DNA of 60,325 bases, taken from contig CAZXMN010000003.1 of NCBI GenBank assembly GCA_964641375.1, positions 1 through 60,325 on the forward strand. Reading direction: 5' to 3'. Under the pieces are notes generated by a model. The model made no database searches. It was not told the DNA's origin and saw nothing but the letters and a program-made list of their open reading frames with translations. The position numbers and the translations under genes were made by a program. Of the stretch, positions 1 to 9,766 are shown piece after piece. The stretch comes from an uncultured Candidatus Saccharibacteria bacterium. GTDB taxonomy: Bacteria > Patescibacteriota > CPR2 > UBA1875 > CAIMLA01. Every line of letters starts with the position of its first letter. Positions within the stretch are counted from its first letter, which is position 1.

Positions 1-1466
1 TTATTACTGTGCCGGCATATTTCAATGACTCACAACGTCAAGCGACCAAAGATGCCGGTAAGATAGCCGGTCTCGATGTGAAGCGCATCATCAACGAGCC
101 AACCGCAGCCGCTTTGGCTTATGGTTTGGACAAAAAGAAAGAAGAAAAGATTGCCGTCTATGACCTAGGTGGCGGTACTTTCGATATCTCTGTCCTTGAG
201 CTCGGTGAAGGCGTCTTCGAAGTGAAATCCACGAATGGTGATACACATCTTGGTGGTGATGACTTTGACCAGAAGATCATGAACTATCTCGTCGATGAAT
301 TCAAAAAAGACCAGGGCATTGATCTAACTAGCGATACGGCCGCGCTTCAGCGTCTCAAGGAAGCTGCTGAGAATGCCAAGATTGAACTTTCTAGCAAAAA
401 CGAGAGTGAAATCAACATTCCGTTTATCACTGCTGACGCTAGTGGTCCGAAGCATCTCAATATCAAACTGACACGTGCTACCCTCGAGAACATTGTTGAG
501 GATCTAATCAAGAAAACTATTGATCCTTGTAAAACAGCTCTCAAGGACGCAGGTGTCAAAGTGGGCGACATTAACGAAGTTATTCTCGTCGGTGGTATGA
601 CTCGTATGCCGGCTGTGGTCGCTGCTGTCAAAGAATTCTTTGGCAAGGAGCCTCTCAAAGGTGTAAACCCAGATGAAGTGGTTGCTGTCGGTGCTGCTAT
701 CCAGGGTGGCGTACTTGGTGGAGAAGTGAAAGACGTCCTTCTGCTCGACGTGACACCTCTCTCACTCGGTATTGAGACACTTGGTGGGGTATTCACGAAG
801 CTAATCGAGAAGAACACCACTATTCCAACGAGTGCGTCTCAGGTATTCTCGACCGCTGCCGACAATCAGACATCGGTAGAGATACATGTTCTTCAAGGTG
901 AACGTGAGTTTGCCGCTGACAACAAGTCTCTAGGTAGATTCATCCTCGATGGCATTCCACCAGCACCCCGTGGCATTCCTCAGGTCGAGGTGAAATTCGA
1001 CATCGATGCCAATGGTATCGCGCATGTTACCGCAACCGACAAGGCGACTGGTAAGGAGCAGAAGATTACCATCACGGCATCATCTGGCCTCTCTGACGAG
1101 GAAATCAAGCAAATGCAGAAGGACGCTGAGTCTCACGCCGAGGAAGATAAGAAGCGCAAAGAACTTGTAGATCTCAAGAATATGTCTGATGCCCTAGTCT
1201 ACACCGCCGAAAAGACCTTGAAGGATGCCGGCGATAAAGCTAAGGAAGAAGACAAAAAGGCTACAGAAGAAAAGATTGAAGCTCTGAAGGGCGTGAAAGA
1301 TGGCGATGACAAAGACGCTATCCAAAAGGCTTATGACGAACTCTCGGAAGCTATTCAGAAAGTTGGCGCCGCTATGTACGAGCAACCAGCTGCTGAGGCT
1401 ACGCCTGAAGAGCCAAAGACCGAAGAACCGGTTGAAGGCGAAGTAGTCGACGAAGAGAAGAAATAA
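1..1466 (+). CDS. dnaK: Molecular chaperone DnaK (Hsp70), 5' part lies outside the window
   Basis: Frame open from the window edge ([19 protein letters not shown]); Hsp70 motifs [43 protein letters not shown]; acidic C-tail. Confidence 0.98.
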   Translation, partial: ITVPAYFNDSQRQATKDAGKIAGLDVKRIINEPTAAALAYGLDKKKEEKIAVYDLGGGTFDISVLELGEGVFEVKSTNGDTHLGGDDFDQKIMNYLVDEFKKDQGIDLTSDTAALQRLKEAAENAKIELSSKNESEINIPFITADASGPKHLNIKLTRATLENIVEDLIKKTIDPCKTALKDAGVKVGDINEVILVGGMTRMPAVVAAVKEFFGKEPLKGVNPDEVVAVGAAIQGGVLGGEVKDVLLLDVTPLSLGIETLGGVFTKLIEKNTTIPTSASQVFSTAADNQTSVEIHVLQGEREFAADNKSLGRFILDGIPPAPRGIPQVEVKFDIDANGIAHVTATDKATGKEQKITITASSGLSDEEIKQMQKDAESHAEEDKKRKELVDLKNMSDALVYTAEKTLKDAGDKAKEEDKKATEEKIEALKGVKDGDDKDAIQKAYDELSEAIQKVGAAMYEQPAAEATPEEPKTEEPVEGEVVDEEKK

Positions 1467-1480
1467 TCATTTCTCCAATT

Positions 1481-1506
1481 AGGCCCGATGAAACATCGTC
1501 GGGCCT
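1481..1506 (+). terminator. GC-rich hairpin between dnaK and dnaJ (attenuator or mRNA-stabilising stem)
   Basis: aggcccga...tcgggcct 8-bp arms; weak U-tract. Confidence 0.45.
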
Positions 1507-1525
1507 ATTGGATAAAGGAAAATAA

Positions 1526-2641
1526 ATGGCAAAACGCGATTATTACGAAGTTCTGGGCGTCCCGAAGGGTGCTACCTCTGATGAAATCAAGAAATCCTAT
1601 CGTAAGATGGCGATGAAGTATCATCCCGATAAAGGTGGTGGCAAAGAGGACGAAGAGAAGTTTAAGGAAGCCAACGAGGCCTACTCCGTGCTTTCTGACC
1701 CCGAAAAACGGAAAAGTTACGATCAATTTGGTCATGCCAATCCAAATGGAACCGGAAACGGTGCAGCTGGGGGCGGTTATCAGCAATATGGTGGTTTCGG
1801 CGGCTTTGGCGGCCAAGGCTATAACATAAATATGGATGACCTCGGCGGCTTTGGTGATATCTTTGAAACCTTTTTTGGTGGTGGCGGGGGCGGCTCGCGT
1901 TCGCGTGCTAGTAAAGGCGCTGATATTGAGGTTGAGATTCGCATTAGTTTCGAGGAAGCTGTTTTTGGCACCGAAAAGGACTTTAGTTTACTTAAAATGA
2001 ATACCTGTGACCGTTGTAGGGGTAATGGAGCTGAGCCAGGAACGGGACAAAAGACTTGCCCGACTTGTCATGGTCGTGGCCAGATACAGACCGAACAACG
2101 CACGATCTTTGGCACGTTTGCGAGCACTCAGGTGTGTCCGGAATGTCATGGCAGTGGCAAAGTACCAGAGAAAAAATGTACGAAATGTAAGGGCGAGGGC
2201 CGATTGCGTGAGCAAGTGACGGTGAAGGTGAAGATTCCGGCAGGAGTGGATAACGGCCAGACAATTCGAGTAGCTGGGAAGGGCGAAGCTGGGGAAATTG
2301 GCGAACAATCGGGAGATTTGTACTTGCATGTTTCAGTGAGTCCTGACAGACGTTTTGTCAGAGATGGTTTTGATATCGAGAATGAGGTGGAGATTACCTT
2401 CCCACAAGCCGCGCTTGGTACGACTGTAGAAATACCAACTCTACAAGGTGAAGTGAAGCTGAAAGTACCCGCTGGTACACAGAGCGGCAAAGTGTTCAAA
2501 CTTACGAATAAAGGTGTACCGCGCCTGGACGGACGATCACGGGGTGATCAGTTGGTCACCGTAAATGTGAAAACGCCAACGAAATTAACTTCAAAACAGA
2601 AGAAACTCCTCGAAGACTTTGATAAGGGCGGCTGGTTCTAG
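1526..2641 (+). CDS. dnaJ: Molecular chaperone DnaJ
   Basis: J-domain with HPD (KYHPDK), G/F-rich linker, four CxxCxGxG repeats. Confidence 0.98.
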   Translation: MAKRDYYEVLGVPKGATSDEIKKSYRKMAMKYHPDKGGGKEDEEKFKEANEAYSVLSDPEKRKSYDQFGHANPNGTGNGAAGGGYQQYGGFGGFGGQGYNINMDDLGGFGDIFETFFGGGGGGSRSRASKGADIEVEIRISFEEAVFGTEKDFSLLKMNTCDRCRGNGAEPGTGQKTCPTCHGRGQIQTEQRTIFGTFASTQVCPECHGSGKVPEKKCTKCKGEGRLREQVTVKVKIPAGVDNGQTIRVAGKGEAGEIGEQSGDLYLHVSVSPDRRFVRDGFDIENEVEITFPQAALGTTVEIPTLQGEVKLKVPAGTQSGKVFKLTNKGVPRLDGRSRGDQLVTVNVKTPTKLTSKQKKLLEDFDKGGWF

Positions 2642-2704
2642 GCATCATTTGACTACAGAAGGTCATCGTCCTATAATTTTCTTAGTACTAATATAAGGAA
2701 TCTT

Positions 2705-3205
2705 ATGACCCCCTCTTGGGACCTTTTTATCATTCTTTTCTTCGTGATTATGACCGTTTACGGTTTACTTTTGGGTCGCGGGCGAGTATTTAACATCCTT
2801 ATCAACTCCTATGTCGGTTATGTGGTTGCTTATGAGCTAGGTGGTTTTGCTTTTCAGTACTTGTCTCGGATTACTGAACTCTCTCATTCTGTAAACGTAA
2901 CCATGTTCGGTGCTAAAGTATTTGTTTTCGCTTTTGTTCTCTTTATCTTGACTCTGAATAGTGAGCTAGCCGGTATGCGCGATGATGGTCTTACAAGTGG
3001 AGCTTTCACGATTGCCTATGGCGTACTCGCAGCTGGGCTCATTCTCTCAAGTATTTTCCTATTTATGGGTGATGCCGAGAGGGCAAACCTTTTCGCTAGT
3101 AGTACTCTAGCTAGTCGGGTGTACGATTTCCGTATAGTTTGGCTGATTGGTCCGATAGCGACAGTACTGCTGGGAAATATAATCGGTAAATTTGGCAAGA
3201 AATAG
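2705..3205 (+). CDS. Multi-pass membrane protein (CvpA-like appearance)
   Basis: 166 aa, 4-5 hydrophobic segments, WDLFII...YGLLLGR N-terminus. Confidence 0.7.
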   Translation: MTPSWDLFIILFFVIMTVYGLLLGRGRVFNILINSYVGYVVAYELGGFAFQYLSRITELSHSVNVTMFGAKVFVFAFVLFILTLNSELAGMRDDGLTSGAFTIAYGVLAAGLILSSIFLFMGDAERANLFASSTLASRVYDFRIVWLIGPIATVLLGNIIGKFGKK

Positions 3206-3209
3206 AAAT

Positions 3210-3236
3210 AAAAAAGGAGCCGAAAGGCTCTTTTTT
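3210..3236. terminator. Bidirectional intrinsic terminator
   Basis: aaaaaaggagcc-gaaa-ggctcttttttt between the + strand CDS and the - strand tRNAs. Confidence 0.85.
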
Positions 3237-3246
3237 GATATATCAT

Positions 3247-3321
3247 TGGTGGCTGCGGGTGGATTTGAACCACCGACCAATAGCTTATGAGTCTACTGCT
3301 CTACCCCTGAGCTACGCAGCC
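3247..3321 (-). tRNA. tRNA-Met(CAT), elongator type (Ile2 not fully excluded)
   Basis: Reverse complement GGCTGCGTAGCTCAGGGGTAGAGCAGTAGACTCATAAGCTATTGGTCGGTGGTTCAAATCCACCCGCAGCCACCA; cloverleaf, CAT anticodon, encoded CCA; acceptor stem G1G2C3U4 resembles elongator Met. Confidence 0.9.
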
Positions 3322-3335
3322 ATGTGGTTACTTTT

Positions 3336-3411
3336 TGGAGGGCCCGGTGGGACTCGAACCCACGACCAGTTGCTTAAAAGGCAATTGCTCTACCGACTGA
3401 GCTACGGGCCC
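3336..3411 (-). tRNA. tRNA-Lys(TTT)
   Basis: Reverse complement GGGCCCGTAGCTCAGTCGGTAGAGCAATTGCCTTTTAAGCAACTGGTCGTGGGTTCGAGTCCCACCGGGCCCTCCA; anticodon loop CT-TTT-AA. Confidence 0.95.
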
Positions 3412-3512
3412 GCAGGTGCGGGATCTCACTGTTTTCTAATCGCTCGAAATAAGACGGAAACTTTCCGCTACTAACCCATACTTACGAGGTGAGAAAACTT
3501 TGAAACATGAGT

Positions 3513-3541
3513 ATTATATCGAATTTCGCGCTTATAGTCAA
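3513..3541 (-). promoter_or_regulatory. sigma70 promoter for the tRNA-Lys/tRNA-Met pair
   Basis: Minus strand TTGACT-17 nt-TATAAT. Confidence 0.75.
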
Positions 3542-3569
3542 TGTAAACCTGCTCTGCTATAATGTGAAT

Positions 3570-3923
3570 GTGAAGAAAAACAATGGTTATCTCAGAATTA
3601 TTATTGGTCTTGCGGTTTTGTATCTGTTCTACGTAGCAGGTAAAACACTTTATCAGAGTTATCAAGTTCGTAAAGAGGTTGATGACCTTAAAGTTTCAAT
3701 TACCGAGTTGCAACAAAGCAATAAAGACCTTGGGGCTCAAATTCTTTACTATCAAAGCCCTTCTTATCAGGAAAAGATAGCTAGAGAACGTATGGGACTT
3801 ATGAAACCCGGCGAACAAGTAATCGTAATATTACCTGAGGCAAAAAACCAAGTTGCTGAAAAAGATCCTGACGATGCATTACCAAACTACCAGAAGTGGT
3901 GGAATTTCTTCTTCAAGTCTTGA
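3570..3923 (+). CDS. Septum formation initiator family protein (FtsB/DivIC-like)
   Basis: One TM helix, then a coiled coil and the EKIARERMGLMKPGEQV motif; start moved to GTG 3570, just after an extended -10 TGCTATAAT (3555-3563). Confidence 0.85.
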   Translation: MKKNNGYLRIIIGLAVLYLFYVAGKTLYQSYQVRKEVDDLKVSITELQQSNKDLGAQILYYQSPSYQEKIARERMGLMKPGEQVIVILPEAKNQVAEKDPDDALPNYQKWWNFFFKS

Positions 3924-3963
3924 CTCTAAGCACAAAATGTGTTAGCATTAACTCTGTTCATAA

Positions 3964-4038
3964 CGCGGGGTAGAGCAGCGGCAGCTCGTCGGGCTCATAA
4001 CCCGGAGGTCGTAGGTTCGAATCCTACCCCCGCTACCA
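3964..4038 (+). tRNA. Initiator tRNA-fMet(CAT)
   Basis: CGCGGGG...GGG-CTCATAA-CCC...CCCCGCTACCA; unpaired C1:72, three G-C pairs in the anticodon stem; upstream TTGACT-17-TAGCAT (3920-3948). Confidence 0.97.
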
Positions 4039-4215
4039 AAAATGAGTCAATTAGTTTACTAGTTGACTCATTTTTGTATTGTTATAGCTTTTTTTGCATA
4101 ATTGTGTTATAGTGTACTTGGCCAAATTTAGGAACAGACAAAGGTCATCCCCAATCTGCACTAAGTCGAAGCCCCACTCCCATGAGGAGAATCCATTGAA
4201 AGGAGACACAATAAC

Positions 4216-4488
4216 ATGAGTTTTGAGGACAAGACACTCAAATGTGCTGATTGTGGTGAAGACTTCATTTTCACAGTACGTGAACAGGAATTCTACGCCG
4301 AAAAAGGCTTTGAAAACGAGCCAAAACGTTGCCCTGATTGCCGCCGTAAGGCCAAGGATCAGCGTAATGAAAGACGCAGCTTTGAAGTAGTATGTGCTGA
4401 CTGTGGTCAGACAACTACCGTGCCATTTGAACCAAAGACAGACCGCCCAGTTTACTGTCGCGACTGCTTTGCTAAGCACAGAGCCTAA
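4216..4488 (+). CDS. Double zinc-ribbon protein (zf-trcl-like plus CxxC-x17-CxxC domain)
   Basis: CADC...EQEFYAEKGFENEPKRCPDC and CADC-x17-CRDC; SD aaggag. Confidence 0.88.
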   Translation: MSFEDKTLKCADCGEDFIFTVREQEFYAEKGFENEPKRCPDCRRKAKDQRNERRSFEVVCADCGQTTTVPFEPKTDRPVYCRDCFAKHRA

Positions 4489-4506
4489 TTAATTTTAGTT
4501 TCAAAC

Positions 4507-4533
4507 AAAGAACCCCAGAAATGGGGTTCTTTT
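4507..4533 (+). terminator. Intrinsic terminator
   Basis: aaagaacccca-gaaa-tggggttctttt. Confidence 0.85.
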
Positions 4534-4563
4534 GTTAATATTCGTCCCAGAAGTAGTATCTAA

Positions 4564-4722
4564 TTAGGGCATTCCGTAATTTCGGTCGGTAAAGATAATC
4601 AATTTGGTCATCCGAACAAAGAAGCACTGAACATTTTGACAGGCACAATCCTATATAGAACTGACTATGACAACGACGTGAAATTCGAGTTGACTCCAGA
4701 TAGTGTGGTTGCTAAGATGTAA
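4564..4722 (+). pseudogene. 3' remnant of a ComEC/Rec2-type MBL-fold gene
   Basis: Translates LGHSVISVGKDNQFGHPNKEALNILTGTILYRTDYDNDVKFELTPDSVVAKM*; ISVGxxNxxGHP...YRTD is the characteristic ComEC MBL C-terminus; stop codon directly upstream, no start. Confidence 0.75.
4690..4718 (+). promoter_or_regulatory. sigma70 promoter for the small membrane protein
   Basis: TTGACT-17 nt-TAAGAT with TGn extension. Confidence 0.65.
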
Positions 4723-4724
4723 TT

Positions 4725-4841
4725 ATGTTAGTGATAATCTCCACATTACTTCTAGTATGCGTTCTCGTTCTTGCTATTATTGGAAGTTACCACGAGGTTG
4801 TCACGGAAAGCGCAGAGGCAGAACCAGAACCCGAGGAATAA
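4725..4841 (+). CDS. 38-aa single-pass small membrane protein (not in ORF track)
   Basis: MLVIISTLLLVCVLVLAIIGSYHEVVTESAEAEPEPEE*; ATG 6 nt after the -10 (leaderless geometry); terminator at 4856-4878. Confidence 0.7.
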   Translation: MLVIISTLLLVCVLVLAIIGSYHEVVTESAEAEPEPEE

Positions 4842-4855
4842 ATATTTACCCGATT

Positions 4856-4878
4856 AGTCGCTTTCAGGCGATTTTTTT
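4856..4878 (+). terminator. Intrinsic terminator
   Basis: agtcgc-tttcag-gcgatt followed by a T run. Confidence 0.7.
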
Positions 4879-4993
4879 GTGGTAAAATAGAGCAGTAAAC
4901 TGCTCGAGTTGAAAGAAGAAAAGTTTATAAAGTTGTAAAGCCGTAAAACTTTTTACTTTTAACTTTGAACTTGAGCCTCTGAAAGGAGCGAAT

Positions 4994-5746
4994 ATGTCAG
5001 GACACAGTAAATGGGCCGGAATCAAGCACAAAAAAGCTATTATCGATGCCAAAAAAGGTAAGGAATTTACCAAGGCCGCGGCCATGATTACGATTGCAGC
5101 CAAACAAGGCGGTGGTGACCCGAAGATGAACTTTGCTTTACGGCTTGCAATTGACAAAGCCAAAGCAGCCAATATGCCGTCTGTGAACATTGAGCGCTCA
5201 ATCAAGAAGGGCACCGGCGAACTAGGTGGAGCCGCTCCTGATGAGCTGACTTATGAAGGTTATGCTCAAGCTGGTGTGGCCGTACTGGTCGAAGCGATGA
5301 CTGATAACAGGAACCGAACTGCAAGCGAGGTACGTAGTACTTTTACCAAATATGGCGGTAATATGGCTGAAACCGGCGCTGTCGCTTATCTTTTTGAGAA
5401 AAAAGGCCAGATTTATCTGAATTCACATGATCAGAAAGCAACCCCGGATGACATTGAACTTGCCATTATCGACTCTGGTGCAGAAGATTTCGACCTCTCT
5501 GATGGCGTTTATACTATTACAACCAGGGCAGTTGACCTACAAAGCGTGAAAGAAGCGCTCGAAACTGCCGATCTCAAAGTAGATGATGCTGAGCTTACCT
5601 TCATTCCGAAAACCGAGGTGAAGGTGGCTGATGAAACGACCGCGGGTAAGATTCTGCGTCTTGTTGACGCTCTGGAAGATCTTGAGGATGTGACGTCGGT
5701 TCACGCCAATTTCGATATCCCAGAAGAAATACTGGAAAAACTATAA
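4994..5746 (+). CDS. yebC: YebC/PmpR family protein
   Basis: MSGHSKWAGIKHKK, YEGYA, VAVLVEAMTDNRNRT. Confidence 0.96.
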   Translation: MSGHSKWAGIKHKKAIIDAKKGKEFTKAAAMITIAAKQGGGDPKMNFALRLAIDKAKAANMPSVNIERSIKKGTGELGGAAPDELTYEGYAQAGVAVLVEAMTDNRNRTASEVRSTFTKYGGNMAETGAVAYLFEKKGQIYLNSHDQKATPDDIELAIIDSGAEDFDLSDGVYTITTRAVDLQSVKEALETADLKVDDAELTFIPKTEVKVADETTAGKILRLVDALEDLEDVTSVHANFDIPEEILEKL

Positions 5747-6228
5747 TGATTATTCTAGGAATCGACCCCGGCACTGCTACTACTGGATATGGCGTTATCG
5801 AGGAAAAAAGTGGTAATTTGTCTCTGGTTGACTTTGGGGTCATTCTCACGAAACCTGATCACACTCTTGAACAGCGACTCGAGATTCTTTACGATCAGCT
5901 TTCAGATATCATCGATGAATATAATCCGGACGAAATAGCCATCGAGGAACTGTTTTTCAGCACTAATGTCAAAACTGCCATGTCTGTCAGCCATGCTAGA
6001 GGTGTAATACTTCTAGCTACACAAAAGGCGGGCATTCCAATGTCTGAATATACCCCAAACCAGGTAAAAAATGGTATCTGCGGCTACGGTAGCGCTGACA
6101 AGAAACAAGTACAGAAAATGGTTCAAATGCTGCTCAAGCTCACCGAGATACCTCAGCCCGATGATGCTGCTGATGCTCTCGCAATAGCCATATGTCACGC
6201 GAGTTCAAGAAAATATAACAACCTCTAA
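5746..6228 (+). CDS. ruvC: Holliday junction resolvase RuvC
   Basis: ILGIDPG, AIEELFF, PDDAADALAIAICH. Confidence 0.97.
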   Translation: MIILGIDPGTATTGYGVIEEKSGNLSLVDFGVILTKPDHTLEQRLEILYDQLSDIIDEYNPDEIAIEELFFSTNVKTAMSVSHARGVILLATQKAGIPMSEYTPNQVKNGICGYGSADKKQVQKMVQMLLKLTEIPQPDDAADALAIAICHASSRKYNNL

Positions 6229-6292
6229 AGGTGTTCAACCTACGGAATCAAAAAGAACTATTCTGGAAAGACCTTCCTGGTTATGCCAGGCT

Positions 6293-7402
6293 CTATAGGA
6301 AATCCCAATAATTACCCTTTGTTACACCTTCGACGACAACGCCTGGATATGCAGATAAAAATCCTTTGGGCACTCTGGGTGGTTTGTTCCACTTGCATTC
6401 ATAAGCAGAAAGTTCATCGCCGGATTCTTCAATTAGATCGATTTCCTGTTTATCACGTGATCGCCAATAGTAACTCCGGACATACTTTTGTTCTGACTGG
6501 TTCCTTTTCAGCCTTTCAACAATAACAAAATTTTCCCAAAGTGCACCAATATCACCGCGAAGCTTAATGGGTCTAAAGTCGTCAACTAATGCGTTTCTCA
6601 TTCCAAGATCGTAAAAATATATTTTTCGTAAGCGTCCAATTTGGACTCTTTGATTTTTCCGGAATTGAGGCAATCTGAATACGATAAAGGCCTTCTCGAG
6701 CAAGTCGATATATCTCATAATTGTATTTTTGCTAATCTCGAGACTGCTGGCAAGTTCGTTATAACTAACTTCGCTACCCACCTGGTGAGCTAATAACCTC
6801 AGTAGATTATCAATAACTGTTTGGTTATAAATGGTGCCTAGGGCAAATGCGTCTTTGTACAAGTAGCGATTCGCAATATCTCTGGCCAACTCGGCAGATT
6901 CAGCCTCTCTTAATGACCATAGCCCTGGATAACCACCATAAACTAATAAACGTTGTATGTATCCGTCACCTTCTATTATGTTGCTTGCTACTTCTTTTAG
7001 ACTCAGGGGATAAAGGAGAAATTCTTTTGAACGTCCGGTGAGAGGTTCTTTAATTTTGTTTGCTAAATCCAGGCTAGAACTGCCAGTGAGAAGTAGCTTT
7101 ATATCGGGCATACTATCATGAATAAGTTTTGCAGTTAAGCCAATGTTCTCGACACGCTGAGCCTCGTCTATCACAACGAGTTTTGCGTTGGTTATAATTG
7201 CACGCAGGCCAGCGAGTGATTGACCCTGAAGGCGTGATAATACGGCGGGATCGTCACAATTTAAATACAGACCCTCTTTGCTTGTGGAGAGTATTTTCTC
7301 TGCAAGTGTTGTCTTCCCAACCTGTCTCGCACCATACAATATTGTGACAAAACCATCGTTTAGCGATTTGATAATTTGTTTTTCTAAATATCTTTCAATC
7401 AT
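6293..7402 (-). CDS. AAA_14 ATPase with C-terminal DUF4143 domain
   Basis: Walker A GARQVGKT, Walker B VVIDEAQ, LTGSSS, RKIYFYDLG, GALWENFV, YYWRSRDKQEIDL...ECKW. Confidence 0.9.
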   Translation of the reverse strand: MIERYLEKQIIKSLNDGFVTILYGARQVGKTTLAEKILSTSKEGLYLNCDDPAVLSRLQGQSLAGLRAIITNAKLVVIDEAQRVENIGLTAKLIHDSMPDIKLLLTGSSSLDLANKIKEPLTGRSKEFLLYPLSLKEVASNIIEGDGYIQRLLVYGGYPGLWSLREAESAELARDIANRYLYKDAFALGTIYNQTVIDNLLRLLAHQVGSEVSYNELASSLEISKNTIMRYIDLLEKAFIVFRLPQFRKNQRVQIGRLRKIYFYDLGMRNALVDDFRPIKLRGDIGALWENFVIVERLKRNQSEQKYVRSYYWRSRDKQEIDLIEESGDELSAYECKWNKPPRVPKGFLSAYPGVVVEGVTKGNYWDFL

Positions 7403-7408
7403 AATACT

Positions 7409-7459
7409 ATTATAAACACGTGATTATTGGTTGTCAAGTATCAATAATCACGTGTTTAT
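7409..7459 (-). promoter_or_regulatory. Consensus promoter of the AAA/DUF4143 gene embedded in an 18-bp inverted repeat
   Basis: Minus TTGACA (7432-7437)-17-TATAAT (7409-7414); perfect IR ataaacacgtgattattg (7412-7429) / caataatcacgtgtttat (7442-7459). Confidence 0.8.
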
Positions 7460-7537
7460 TGATATTATGTCGCCAAAAGAGCGTTATTAGATAACATGTC
7501 TACTTGTTTTATCATGTTACGCTGCTAAAATAGCCTT

Positions 7538-8110
7538 ATGATTGGATTTCTCGAGGGGAAAGTTGAATTTGTTCGGGATGGCTCGGCCGTTATCAACGTC
7601 GGCGGAGTTGGCTATAAGGTTGGAATTGGTCCGGACCTCACTAGCAGGCTTCATCCTGAAGAAAACGTTAAACTCTACATTTATACTCAGGTTCGCGAGG
7701 ACATTTTGGCTCTTTATGGTTTTGAAACCTTGGAAGGGTTAGATTTCTTCGAACTTCTCATCTCGGTCTCAGGGATTGGTCCCAAAGCCGCTATGGGTAT
7801 ACTGGCTGCGGCCTCAGTTGAGAAAATTCGAGCAAGTATCGTAAATCAGGATCCGACACTACTCTCGAGTGTGTCTGGAGTTGGCAAGAAAACTGCTGAA
7901 AAAGTTGTTATTGAACTGAAGAATAAAGTTGGTGCGACAGCTTCACTCTTTGATGTTGGTGGGAAAGCTGAAGACGTTTATGAAGCTCTCCTTCAGCTAG
8001 GTTTCAAACCGAATGAGGCCAGGGACGCTATTGCTGATTTACCTGCCGAGTGTGTTGGACCAGAAAAACAGTTGAAATATTGCTTATCAATTTTGAATAA
8101 GGTGAAGTAA
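7538..8110 (+). CDS. ruvA: Holliday junction DNA-binding protein RuvA
   Basis: [34 protein letters not shown]. Confidence 0.97.
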   Translation: MIGFLEGKVEFVRDGSAVINVGGVGYKVGIGPDLTSRLHPEENVKLYIYTQVREDILALYGFETLEGLDFFELLISVSGIGPKAAMGILAAASVEKIRASIVNQDPTLLSSVSGVGKKTAEKVVIELKNKVGATASLFDVGGKAEDVYEALLQLGFKPNEARDAIADLPAECVGPEKQLKYCLSILNKVK

Positions 8111-9132
8111 TGGCAGATGACATTGATCACATTCTAGAAAGTATTGAACTTCCGGAAGAGGAAAAATTCGAGGAAACCCTGCGCCCACGAAAGTTCGATG
8201 AGTATATAGGACAAAAGAAAGTCAAAGAGGGACTTCATATCATGATTGAGGCAGCCAAAACTCGTCAGGAACCGATTGATCATGTCCTTCTCTATGGCCC
8301 GCCAGGACTGGGTAAAACAACGCTTGCGAACGTGATTGCTGCTGAAATTGGTGCTCAAATACGTGTCACGTCGGGCCCCGCTATTGAACGGGCTGGCGAT
8401 TTGGCCTCAATCCTAACTAATCTGGCCGAAGGCGACATTCTATTCATAGACGAGATTCATAGGTTGAACCGAACTGTTGAGGAAGTGCTTTATCCAGCAA
8501 TGGAAGACTTTGTGCTTGATATCGTGATTGGTAAGGGCCCAGCGGCACGTTCAATCCGCTTGGATTTGCCTAAATTTACGATAATTGGCGCAACAACCAG
8601 GATTGGTAGCATTAGTTCACCTCTTCGCGATCGCTTTGGTTTAGTTAATCGACTAGAATTCTATACTGATGAGGAAGTGGAGAGAATCATCAAACGTTCA
8701 GCCAAGATATTAAACATCGAAATTAGCGAAGACGGAGCTTCTGAAATTGCGAAAAGAGCTCGCAAGACACCTCGTATTGCCAACAGACTGCTGAAACGGG
8801 TGCGAGATTATGCCCAAGTGAAGGCAAAAGGTGTGATAGATGCAGAAATAGCCAATAAGGCTCTAGATATGCTGGAAGTAGACGAGTGTGGACTGGATAA
8901 TACCGATCGCAGACTCCTAGCTACTATTATCGAGAATTTCAAGGGTGGACCAGTCGGACTCTCTACTCTCGCAGCCGCGACAAGCGAGGAAATTGAAACC
9001 ATTGAAGACGTCTACGAACCATATTTGATTCAAATCGGCTTTCTTGAACGCACTCCAAGGGGGCGCAAAGTGACCGCGAAGGGACATAAACACCTTGGGT
9101 ATGACCTAAAAGAGCAAAACACTCTGTTATAA
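8110..9132 (+). CDS. ruvB: Holliday junction branch-migration ATPase RuvB
   Basis: [45 protein letters not shown]. Confidence 0.98.
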   Translation: MADDIDHILESIELPEEEKFEETLRPRKFDEYIGQKKVKEGLHIMIEAAKTRQEPIDHVLLYGPPGLGKTTLANVIAAEIGAQIRVTSGPAIERAGDLASILTNLAEGDILFIDEIHRLNRTVEEVLYPAMEDFVLDIVIGKGPAARSIRLDLPKFTIIGATTRIGSISSPLRDRFGLVNRLEFYTDEEVERIIKRSAKILNIEISEDGASEIAKRARKTPRIANRLLKRVRDYAQVKAKGVIDAEIANKALDMLEVDECGLDNTDRRLLATIIENFKGGPVGLSTLAAATSEEIETIEDVYEPYLIQIGFLERTPRGRKVTAKGHKHLGYDLKEQNTLL

Positions 9133-9139
9133 TAGACTT

Positions 9140-9706
9140 ATGAATAAGTTTGCATCAGAACTGATACTGAAACCGGTTCTTGTCCGGGATGCTATAACTC
9201 GTGGTGAAGGAGCTATGGTTGGACTTGTCGAATCACTGATTATTTGTCCTGACGATGGCGGTCTTGCCGGCATTACGATTCGAGAAGGTTTTGGAAAGAA
9301 AAATCTCAAAACACTCTCGGCCAAAGACATTCTTGGTATTTCCTCTGAGTTTTATCTAGTGCCGAGTTATGAAAAATTGGGTGATTTGGACGAAATTGTC
9401 AGACTGAAAGAGATCATGGATCGTGATGTACCTATCACTGGAAATAAAGTCTATACCCAAGGTGGCACTTTGCTCGGCAAGGTTTTCGACTATACACTTG
9501 ATTTGACGTCTTTCAAAATTACCCGTATTTACGTGAAGCCGACACTTCTCAGTGGTTTTGCTAAACAATATATTATTAGTTATAAGAATATTATCTCTAT
9601 AGAAAAAGATAAGATTGTCGTTGAGGATGCGTTGGTAAAGGGTGCCGAACCGCTACTTTCCAAGAATGTCGCCAGACAGAGTGCATCTGAATTCAGTGAA
9701 TGCTGA
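9140..9706 (+). CDS. PRC-barrel domain protein
   Basis: Two PRC-like halves; VYTQGGTLLGKVFDYTLD motif. Confidence 0.7.
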   Translation: MNKFASELILKPVLVRDAITRGEGAMVGLVESLIICPDDGGLAGITIREGFGKKNLKTLSAKDILGISSEFYLVPSYEKLGDLDEIVRLKEIMDRDVPITGNKVYTQGGTLLGKVFDYTLDLTSFKITRIYVKPTLLSGFAKQYIISYKNIISIEKDKIVVEDALVKGAEPLLSKNVARQSASEFSEC

Positions 9707-9709
9707 ACG

Positions 9710-9738
9710 TTGACATTCTGGCCTGAATTTGCTATAAT
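9710..9738 (+). promoter_or_regulatory. Perfect-consensus sigma70 promoter of the rpsF operon
   Basis: TTGACA-17 nt-TATAAT with TGn extension. Confidence 0.9.
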
Positions 9739-9766
9739 CAGGTCACAAATTATTAATGACTTAACT

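Noticed and set aside
3412-3506. Long imperfect hairpin in the tRNA-Lys 5' leader
   Set aside because: No recognisable RNA-family motif; pre-tRNA leaders often fold, so the evidence is too weak
4727-4878. Possible SRP/6S-like non-coding RNA (gttctcgttcttgc can pair with gcagaaccagaac)
   Set aside because: The SRP CAGG/AGCAG core is missing, and the region is better explained by the 38-aa membrane ORF whose V/L and E/P codons create the apparent complementarity
4703-4885. 60-aa ORF from the track
   Set aside because: Its start lies inside the promoter and it runs through the terminator; the overlapping frame at 4725-4841 has far better signals
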